Shown here in pieces: positions 56,791 through 64,000 of a stretch of DNA of 64,000 nucleotides. The translations under genes and the position numbers were made by a program. The notes under the pieces were generated by a model that made no database searches, was not told where the DNA came from, and saw only the letters and a program-made list of their open reading frames with translations. How positions within the stretch are numbered: the first letter of the stretch is position 1; every line of letters begins with the position of its first letter. Source of the stretch: an uncultured beta proteobacterium (GTDB lineage Bacteria; Pseudomonadota; Gammaproteobacteria; Burkholderiales; SG8-41); the NCBI GenBank assembly GCA_903893565.1, contig CAITMU010000121.1, positions 19,426-83,425 on the forward strand. Direction: 5' to 3'.

Positions 56791-59667
56791 ATGATGAAAG
56801 AGTTTCTGGGTAATTCCTATTTGTTCGGAGCCAATGCTCCTTTTATTGAGGCGCTTTACGACTCTTATCTGAAAGATCCTCAATCGGTAGAGCCACGTTG
56901 GCAAGGATATTTTGATAGTTTGCAAGCGCTTGACGATGGTCCCAAGGATGTCAATCATCATCAAGTCATAGAAGGTTTTGCGGCTCTGGCCAAGCAGCCG
57001 AAATCGGCCAGTCAATCCGCGCCGCAAGATTTCACCAAACAGTTCTCGGTGCTTCAATTAATTGCGGCTTATCGTTTTCAAGGGTGTCGGGTTGCTGATG
57101 TAGACCCCTTAAATCGAATCGAAAAAGCTGATATCCCAGAGCTCGATCCTGCCTTTTATGGATTATCCGAAAGTGATTTGGGTTCAGTGTTCAACACGGG
57201 AACCCTACACGGGCCTTCGCAAGCCACGCTACGCGATATTTTACAGCGCTTAAAAGAAACCTATTGTCGAAGCATCGGGCCTGAGATTATGTATATCTCA
57301 GATATCCCGCAAAAACGCTGGCTGTTGGAGCGTTTTGAGCCAACGATGGGTAGACCGCATTACGATGCCACCTATAAAAAACATATTTTAGAGCGCTTAA
57401 CAGCGGCTGAAACCCTGGAAAAGTATTTAAACGCTAAATATGTCGGGCAAACGAGATTTTCATTAGAAGGCGGAGAGTCCTTAATCCCCTTGTTGGATCA
57501 CTTGTTACAAAAGGCGGGTGCGGCCGGTGTAGAAGAGGTTGTGATCGGCATGGCCCATCGAGGCCGCTTAAATGTCTTGGTCAATACCATGGGTAAGATG
57601 CCCAAGGATTTGTTTTCCTCTTTCGAGGGTAAACAAAACCCAGAAGTCTTAGCCGGTGACGTTAAGTATCATGATGGATACTCCTCCAATATCATGACCG
57701 CTGGCGGGCCGATGCATGCTATGTTGGCTTTCAATCCCTCGCATTTGGAAATTGTGAATCCCGTGATTGAAGGATCGGTGCGTGCGAGACAGCACCGTCG
57801 TAAAGATGCGGATGGCTCTCATGTGCTTCCCATCGTCATCCATGGGGATGCTTCGATGGCCGGGCAGGGTGTGGTGATGGAGACCTTGAACCTTGCGCAG
57901 ACCCGTGGCTATGGCACGGGCGGAACCGTGCACATTGTCATTAACAATCAGATTGGCTTTACCACTTCTGATCCCCGTGATTCTCGTTCGACGATCTACT
58001 GCTCAGACATCGCGAAGATGATGGAAGTGCCCATTTTCCATGTCAATGGGGATGATCCAGAGGCGGTTTGTTTTGCTACTGAAATTGCGCTTGATTTTAG
58101 AATGAAGTTTAAAAAAGACGCGGTGATTGACTTAGTGTGTTACCGACGCTTAGGGCACAATGAGCAAGATGAGCCGATGGTGACTCAACCGCTGATGTAT
58201 AAGGGTATTCACGCTCAACCCACCTCACGTACGGTGTACAGCAATCAGCTGATCGCTGAGGGCGTGATGACGGCAGCTGAGGCGCAAGACATTGTGCTGA
58301 CCTGTAGGCAAGCGTTGGATAGTGGGTATCACACGAACAAAACGATTCTTTCTAACTTTCGCCCTCCTTTCGAAGCCAATTGGAAGCCCTTCATTGGCAC
58401 CAAATGGAATGAGAACGATGACACGCGTTTGCCGATGGAAACGTTGCAGATGTTGGCTAGAAAAATCTGCGAAGTACCAAAAAACTTTCAGCTTCATCCC
58501 CGAGTAGAAAAAATCATGATGGATCGGCGCTCGATGGCCGAAGGCAAAATGATGCTCGATTGGGGGATGGCAGAATCTTTAGCCTATGCCTCTTTATTAA
58601 ACGATGGCTATTCGATTCGTTTATCGGGTCAGGATGCGGGACGTGGTACGTTCTTCCACCGACATGCCGTTCTACACGATCAGAACCGTGAACGTTGGGA
58701 TCAAGGCATTCATATACCTTTGCAACACATAGGTCCTAAGCAAGGGGACTTTACCGTGATTGACTCCGTGTTGTCTGAGGAGGCGGTATTAGGGTTTGAG
58801 TATGGATACGCGACTTCAGGTCCTAATGATTTGGTGATTTGGGAGGCGCAGTATGGCGATTTTGCCAATGGCGCTCAAGTGGTCATCGATCAATTTATTG
58901 CCTCGGGTGAGGTGAAGTGGGGTCGTTTGTGTGGTTTGACGATGATGTTGCCCCACGGGTATGAGGGAGCAGGGCCTGAGCACTCTTCGGGTCGTATTGA
59001 GCGCTTCTTGCAGTTGTGCTCTGACTACAATATGCAGGTGTGTGTGCCGGCCACTCCGGTGCAGATGTTTTACCTGCTGCGTCGGCAGATGATCAGACCC
59101 CATCGCAAGCCCTTGATTATATTTTCTCCGAAAAGCTTACTGCGTCATAAAGAATCGGTGTCCCCGCTGGAAGAGTTTTCGACCAGTAAATTTCATCCCG
59201 TCAACGAAGATTGGGAAGAACAAGAAATTAATCCCGATAAGGTGAAGCGGGTGATTTTTTGTAGCGGAAAGGTTTTCTACGACTTGAGGGCAGAAAGACG
59301 GGCGCAGTCCATCCGTGATCTACCCTTGGTGCGAATTGCCCAGCTCTATCCCTTTTCTCACGAAGAGTTTCGCTCGATCATCGTGCGCTATAAAAACGCC
59401 TCTGAAATTGTTTGGTGTCAGGAAGAGCCCCGTAATCAAGGCGCATGGCGTCACATTCAGCACTATTTGGTGAGAAATTTGTTGCCGCATCAAAAATTAT
59501 TCTATGCCGGTCGTGAGTCCTCAGCCACACCTGCGGCTGGATATAAGTCCTTGCACGATAAGCAGCAAAAACAACTCGTTGTTCAGGCGCTGACCTTGTC
59601 CGGTGGTACGGAACCCGTCAGTGAGACCCATCAGCCCAGGCCTTTGTCTGCGGGTGAAGAACATTAA
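56791..59667 (+). CDS. sucA: 2-oxoglutarate dehydrogenase E1 component
   Basis: MMKEFLGNSYLFGANAPFIEALYDSYL.. is the canonical SucA N-terminus. About 958 aa. The track ORF starts at an upstream TTG (56767). Confidence 0.95.
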   Translation: MMKEFLGNSYLFGANAPFIEALYDSYLKDPQSVEPRWQGYFDSLQALDDGPKDVNHHQVIEGFAALAKQPKSASQSAPQDFTKQFSVLQLIAAYRFQGCRVADVDPLNRIEKADIPELDPAFYGLSESDLGSVFNTGTLHGPSQATLRDILQRLKETYCRSIGPEIMYISDIPQKRWLLERFEPTMGRPHYDATYKKHILERLTAAETLEKYLNAKYVGQTRFSLEGGESLIPLLDHLLQKAGAAGVEEVVIGMAHRGRLNVLVNTMGKMPKDLFSSFEGKQNPEVLAGDVKYHDGYSSNIMTAGGPMHAMLAFNPSHLEIVNPVIEGSVRARQHRRKDADGSHVLPIVIHGDASMAGQGVVMETLNLAQTRGYGTGGTVHIVINNQIGFTTSDPRDSRSTIYCSDIAKMMEVPIFHVNGDDPEAVCFATEIALDFRMKFKKDAVIDLVCYRRLGHNEQDEPMVTQPLMYKGIHAQPTSRTVYSNQLIAEGVMTAAEAQDIVLTCRQALDSGYHTNKTILSNFRPPFEANWKPFIGTKWNENDDTRLPMETLQMLARKICEVPKNFQLHPRVEKIMMDRRSMAEGKMMLDWGMAESLAYASLLNDGYSIRLSGQDAGRGTFFHRHAVLHDQNRERWDQGIHIPLQHIGPKQGDFTVIDSVLSEEAVLGFEYGYATSGPNDLVIWEAQYGDFANGAQVVIDQFIASGEVKWGRLCGLTMMLPHGYEGAGPEHSSGRIERFLQLCSDYNMQVCVPATPVQMFYLLRRQMIRPHRKPLIIFSPKSLLRHKESVSPLEEFSTSKFHPVNEDWEEQEINPDKVKRVIFCSGKVFYDLRAERRAQSIRDLPLVRIAQLYPFSHEEFRSIIVRYKNASEIVWCQEEPRNQGAWRHIQHYLVRNLLPHQKLFYAGRESSATPAAGYKSLHDKQQKQLVVQALTLSGGTEPVSETHQPRPLSAGEEH

Positions 59668-59694
59668 ATTTGAACGTTTTTTTACGGTGTCGTT

Positions 59695-60954
59695 ATGATT
59701 ATTGATGTCAAAGTACCGCAGTTGTCTGAGTCCGTAGCCGAAGCTACTTTATTGACTTGGCATAAAAAAGTCGGACAAGCGATTCAAGTCGATGAGAATC
59801 TTGTCGATATTGAAACCGATAAGGTGGTTCTTGAAACGCCCTCTCCCTCTGCAGGGGTGTTGGTTAAAATTATAAAAGTCGATGGCAGTTCTGTGGGGAG
59901 TAAAGAAATTATTGCCCAGATCGATACCACCGCCACCGCCAGTGTGGGCGAGCCTTCGGGCGCTAGTGCGCCAGCGGCGGCGACACCTCCAGTCGATAAA
60001 GCGGCCGCTTCGGGAGCCGCTAAAAAATCGGGTGCGAAGACTCTACCGGCCGCCCAAAGGCTAGCGGCTGAAAATCAGATTGATCCTAATTCAGTCAACG
60101 GGAGTGGTCGCGGTGGACGTGTGACGAAAGCCGATGTGATGGAGGCGATGAAAGTGCCGGCTGTTGCAAAGGAGCCCTCAACGGTATCGGCCCCGATCGC
60201 ATCGGCTGCACCGCTGTCGCATCCCCCCATGGTTGATTTACATCATCTGGGTCACCGACCGGAGCAACGAGTGGCGATGTCACGTTTGCGTGCCCGTATT
60301 GCTGAACGCTTAGTGCAATCGCAATCCACGGCAGCCATTCTGACCACCTTTAATGAAGTGAATATGCAGCCCGTGATGGACTTAAGAAATCGATATAAAG
60401 ATCGGTTCGAAAAAGAACACGGGGTGAAATTAGGGTTCATGTCTTTTTTTGTTAAGGCGGCCGTCTATGCCTTGAAAAAATATCCTGTTCTTAATGCCTC
60501 CATTGACGGTAACGACATTGTCTATCATGGCTTTTATGATGTGGGTGTCGCAGTCGGTAGTCCTCGCGGATTGGTGGTGCCGGTATTAAGAAATGTGGAT
60601 GAATTAAGCCTTGCTGGTATTGAGAAGGCGATTGCTGATTTTGGTGTTCGTGCGCAAAACGGTAAACTCACGATTGAAGAATTAACCGGTGGCACGTTCT
60701 CTATTTCCAATGGCGGTGTGTTTGGCTCGATGCTCTCGACCCCCATTATTAACCCCCCCCAAAGTGCCATATTAGGTGTTCATGCCACTAAGGAGCGTGC
60801 CGTGGTGGAAAATGGTCAGATTGTGATTCGCCCCATCAACTATTTGGCCTTGTCCTACGATCATCGAATTATTGATGGACGTGAGGCGGTGCTAGCCCTG
60901 GTAGCGATGAAAGATGCGCTGGAAGATCCTGCCCGTATGTTATTGGAAATTTAA
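59695..60954 (+). CDS. sucB: Dihydrolipoyllysine-residue succinyltransferase (E2o)
   Basis: Lipoyl domain (..[11 protein letters not shown]..), an Ala/Pro-rich linker, and a catalytic domain with ..[12 protein letters not shown]... Confidence 0.95.
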   Translation: MIIDVKVPQLSESVAEATLLTWHKKVGQAIQVDENLVDIETDKVVLETPSPSAGVLVKIIKVDGSSVGSKEIIAQIDTTATASVGEPSGASAPAAATPPVDKAAASGAAKKSGAKTLPAAQRLAAENQIDPNSVNGSGRGGRVTKADVMEAMKVPAVAKEPSTVSAPIASAAPLSHPPMVDLHHLGHRPEQRVAMSRLRARIAERLVQSQSTAAILTTFNEVNMQPVMDLRNRYKDRFEKEHGVKLGFMSFFVKAAVYALKKYPVLNASIDGNDIVYHGFYDVGVAVGSPRGLVVPVLRNVDELSLAGIEKAIADFGVRAQNGKLTIEELTGGTFSISNGGVFGSMLSTPIINPPQSAILGVHATKERAVVENGQIVIRPINYLALSYDHRIIDGREAVLALVAMKDALEDPARMLLEI

Positions 60955-60956
60955 AG

Positions 60957-62381
60957 ATGGATCAAAATTTTGATGTGGTGGTGATCGGTGCGGGTCCTGG
61001 AGGCTACATAGCGGCTATCAGAGCGGCTCAACTGGGATTAAAGGTTGCTTGTATTGACCAATGGAAAACAGCGCAAGGCAAGCCCGCTCCGGGCGGAACC
61101 TGCACGAATGTGGGATGTATACCCTCTAAAGCCCTGCTTCAATCGAGTGAGAATTATGAGCACGCCCTTCACGGCTTTGCCGATCATGGGATTAAGATAG
61201 GGAGTTTGTCGATCGATTTGGCGCAGATGCAAAAGCGCAAAAACAAAGTCGTGAAACAAAATAACGAAGGTATTTTGTATTTATTTAAAAAAAATAAAGT
61301 GACCTATTTCAATGGTCAAGGCGCTTTGGTGGGAGGTAAGCCAGAGGCTTGGCAAGTGAAGGTCACAGGGGCGAGCGAACAAACCCTGACGGCTAAGCAT
61401 GTGGTTGTGGCTACTGGATCGAGTCCACGTGAATTGCCGGGCGCCTCTATTGATAATAAGCAGATTCTTGATAACGATGGCGCACTGAGCCTGGAAGCCA
61501 TTCCGTCGACACTGGGTGTGATTGGTTCTGGGGTGATTGGACTGGAAATGGGTAGCGTCTGGCGGCGTTTGGGCGCGAAGGTGACGATTTTAGAAGCGTT
61601 GCCTAGCTTCTTAGGGGCAGTTGACGAAACGGTGGCTAAAGAGGCTAAAAAGATCTTCGAAAAGCAAGGCTTGGAGATTCAGTTGGGTGTCAACATCCAG
61701 CAAGTCAAAAAAGACGCAGCCGTGCACATTACCTATACCGATAGTCAAGGTGCTGAAAAAACGCTCACCGTTGATAAGTTAATTATTTCGATTGGCCGTA
61801 TTCCCAACACCCAAGGATTGAATGCCCCAGCGGTGGGACTCACCTTAGATGAGCGGGGGTTCGTTGCGGTGGATGAGGACTGTAAAACGAACCTCGCAAA
61901 TATTTGGGCAGTAGGGGACGTGGTTCGTGGTCCTATGCTGGCGCACAAAGCCGAGGAAGAAGGGGTGGCCGTGGCCCAGCGCATCGCCGGTCAATATGCG
62001 CACGTTGAGTTTAATCACATCCCCTGGGTGATCTACACCTCCCCAGAGATAGCTTGGGTGGGTAAAACCGAGCAACAATTAAAGCAAGAGGGTATTGCCT
62101 ATCGTGTGGGTTCCTTTCCCTTTATGGCCAATGGACGCGCTCGTGCATTGGGAGACACCCAAGGCTTTGTCAAAATGATCGCTGACAAAACGACTGATCG
62201 CATCTTAGGGGTTCATGTGATAGGTCCCATGGCCTCTGAATTAATTGCTGAAGCGGTGGTGGCGATGGAATTTGGTGCCTCATCTGAAGATATTGCGATG
62301 ATTTGTCATGCTCATCCGTCTTTGTCTGAATCAATGAAAGAGGCGGCTTTAGGGGTTGACCAAAGATCATTGAACTTCTAA
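60957..62381 (+). CDS. lpdA: Dihydrolipoyl dehydrogenase (E3)
   Basis: VVVIGAGPGGY, the redox disulfide GGTCTNVGCIPSKALL, and the C-terminal HAHPSLSE. Confidence 0.95.
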   Translation: MDQNFDVVVIGAGPGGYIAAIRAAQLGLKVACIDQWKTAQGKPAPGGTCTNVGCIPSKALLQSSENYEHALHGFADHGIKIGSLSIDLAQMQKRKNKVVKQNNEGILYLFKKNKVTYFNGQGALVGGKPEAWQVKVTGASEQTLTAKHVVVATGSSPRELPGASIDNKQILDNDGALSLEAIPSTLGVIGSGVIGLEMGSVWRRLGAKVTILEALPSFLGAVDETVAKEAKKIFEKQGLEIQLGVNIQQVKKDAAVHITYTDSQGAEKTLTVDKLIISIGRIPNTQGLNAPAVGLTLDERGFVAVDEDCKTNLANIWAVGDVVRGPMLAHKAEEEGVAVAQRIAGQYAHVEFNHIPWVIYTSPEIAWVGKTEQQLKQEGIAYRVGSFPFMANGRARALGDTQGFVKMIADKTTDRILGVHVIGPMASELIAEAVVAMEFGASSEDIAMICHAHPSLSESMKEAALGVDQRSLNF

Positions 62382-62493
62382 TAATCGGCGTTTAAGTTTT
62401 TATGGTTGTTGGGGTTGGCCTTAACCTGTAGACCCTGTCACCATTTTTTATGCCTTCCGTTGCAGGCTTCATCGATCGATTTATCAAACACTC

Positions 62494-63594
62494 ATGCGCT
62501 TATCTGATGGCATCATACAACTGGCCCAGGAGAAAGGGTTTTCGCTGGACGGGTCTCAGTTAAAAGCGGTTCAAACGTTGCAAGCGCTTCTGGATCAGCT
62601 CATGGACGTAGAGCGCGCTCCTTCCTTTTTTTCTCGTTTGCTTAAACCTCGTTCTGCCCTAAACAATATATACCTTTGGGGCAGTGTGGGCCGAGGAAAA
62701 AGTTTTTTAATGGATAGTTTCTTTAAGTTTGTTCCATTAGAAAAAAAACGAAGAATTCATTTCCATCGATTTATGCAGGAAGTGCACCAGAGAATGAACG
62801 CTATTTCTGGTGTCGCTGAACCCCTCTCCCAATTGGCCAAAGCCATTGCGCTTGAAACGCGATTGCTGTGTCTGGATGAGTTTCACATCACGGATATTAC
62901 CGATGCCATGCTCATGCGTAAATTGCTCGAAGGGTTGAGGGCCGAAGGGGTTGTGATTGTAACCACCTCTAACTTTGAACCCGATTCGCTTTATTTGCAT
63001 GGGCTTCAAAGAAACCAATTCTTACCTGCGATCCGTCTGATTAAAGAGTCTTTTAACGTGATCAATGTCGACGCGGGGATTGATTACCGACTCCGGGAAT
63101 TAACAAAGGCGGGTGTTTATCATATCGGTGAAGATGCTGAAATGATTATGAATCAGACCTTTGGGGTCATTGCGCATGAACCCGGCTTTGAGCCTGGCAC
63201 GATAGAAATCGATGGGCGTTTTATTCCGATTAAACGTCTAGCCTCTGAAGTGGCTTGGTTTGAATTCAGTGCTTTGTGTGATGGACCTCGGGGTAAACCG
63301 GACTATATCGAGTTGTCAAAGCGCTACCATACGGTCATGATTTCTAACCTCGCGCGCTTTGGATCGGGTAGCTCGGATAAATTACGTCGTTTTGTTTGGA
63401 TGATTGATGAGTTTTATGATCGACGCGTCAAAGTCGTATTGTCAGCCCCTGTCAGAGCGGAGGATTTAATCTTAGCGGCTGATTCGAAGGACGCATTTCA
63501 GATGAATTTGAATGCCTCTTTGAAAGAACGTTTGGTGAGTCGTCTGACTGAAATGCAGTCCCATGATTATCTAGCCCAACCCCATATCCCATAA
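62494..63594 (+). CDS. zapE: AFG1-like ATPase / cell division protein ZapE
   Basis: Walker A LWGSVGRGKS and Walker B LLCLDEF. It follows the odh-lpd genes. Confidence 0.85.
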   Translation: MRLSDGIIQLAQEKGFSLDGSQLKAVQTLQALLDQLMDVERAPSFFSRLLKPRSALNNIYLWGSVGRGKSFLMDSFFKFVPLEKKRRIHFHRFMQEVHQRMNAISGVAEPLSQLAKAIALETRLLCLDEFHITDITDAMLMRKLLEGLRAEGVVIVTTSNFEPDSLYLHGLQRNQFLPAIRLIKESFNVINVDAGIDYRLRELTKAGVYHIGEDAEMIMNQTFGVIAHEPGFEPGTIEIDGRFIPIKRLASEVAWFEFSALCDGPRGKPDYIELSKRYHTVMISNLARFGSGSSDKLRRFVWMIDEFYDRRVKVVLSAPVRAEDLILAADSKDAFQMNLNASLKERLVSRLTEMQSHDYLAQPHIP

Positions 63595-63615
63595 AAACAA
63601 TAGGCCTCTCACGAT

Positions 63616-64000
63616 ATGTCCTCCTTTAAAGCGTTTCGAGTTTTTCAATCGGACAACAAAATAGAAGGCTCCGTGGTTGATCTAGAGCAGGAAGCGCTTG
63701 GCGATGGGGATGTGGTTTTTAAGGTGGCTTATTCCAGTGTTAATTACAAAGATGCGTTGGCTGCCACGGGTCGTGCCGGAAAAGTCATGCGTCGATATCC
63801 CTTAGTGGGCGGCATTGACAGTGCGGGTGTCGTTGAGCAATCGAGTCATCCCGCCTTTCAGCCCGGCGATTCAGTCATTTGCACGAGCTACGATATGGGG
63901 GTATCGCATGACGGCGGGTTTTCGCACTATTGTCGTGTGCCTTCTCAGTGGCTAGTGCCCTTGCCCAAGGGGCTTTGCTTGTTGGAGGCCATGAGCTTAG
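63616..64000 (+). CDS. YhdH/AcuI-type quinone oxidoreductase / acrylyl-CoA reductase family; partial, 3' end outside the window
   Basis: Manual translation: MSSFKAFRVFQSDNKIEGSVVDLEQEALGDGDVVFKVAYSSVNYKDALAATGRAGKVMRRYPLVGGIDSAG.., a typical YhdH/YhfP MDR-family N-terminus. Confidence 0.8.
   Translation, partial: MSSFKAFRVFQSDNKIEGSVVDLEQEALGDGDVVFKVAYSSVNYKDALAATGRAGKVMRRYPLVGGIDSAGVVEQSSHPAFQPGDSVICTSYDMGVSHDGGFSHYCRVPSQWLVPLPKGLCLLEAMSL

Overview
This is a chromosomal window from what looks like a Burkholderiales-type betaproteobacterium. That placement is an inference from three things: eight Bug/TctC-family periplasmic binding-protein genes, a tctBA permease pair, and the gene order mdh / sdhCDAB-sdhE / gltA / sucA-sucB-lpdA / zapE. 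All product names come from motif recognition in the supplied translations and from my own reverse translation. No database search was possible.

The right half (about 31.9-64 kb) is core central carbon metabolism. It holds two full-length AcnA paralogs, prpC-prpD, mdh, the succinate dehydrogenase operon, citrate synthase and the 2-oxoglutarate dehydrogenase complex. It also contains a tctBA / isocitrate-dehydrogenase-like / leuCD-like operon and a deacetylase / Bug / LLM-monooxygenase module.

The left half is a mosaic of Bug-associated acyl-CoA and carboxylate modules, broken up by three small accessory islets:
- 3.7-6.8 kb: an AbiEii fragment, an intact Xre(DUF2384)-RES toxin-antitoxin pair, an integrase pseudogene and an IS remnant.
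- 16.3-18.0 kb: a visibly GC-rich DUF35 + thiolase insert.
- 29.2-31.6 kb: a DUF6876 fragment, an AAA-ATPase/DUF4143 gene abutting a 5'-truncated brnT, and an intact brnA.

The most interesting signal is the ORF pair 14390-14728 / 14759-14977. These are one reading frame interrupted only by a TGA that sits in the context AMAD-U-GSC, followed 12 nt later by a perfect 8-bp hairpin. I read this as a UGSC-motif selenoprotein of unknown function. It is translationally coupled (GTGA overlap) to an uncharacterised 371-aa protein, and a repeat-dense divergent control region lies upstream.

Several short tandem repeat arrays with roughly one-helical-turn periods lie in intergenic regions. Two of them share an ACTTAA core and sit upstream of gltA and the prp-linked aconitase. 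No CRISPR array and no rRNA were seen. There is one tRNA, tRNA-Pro(UGG).
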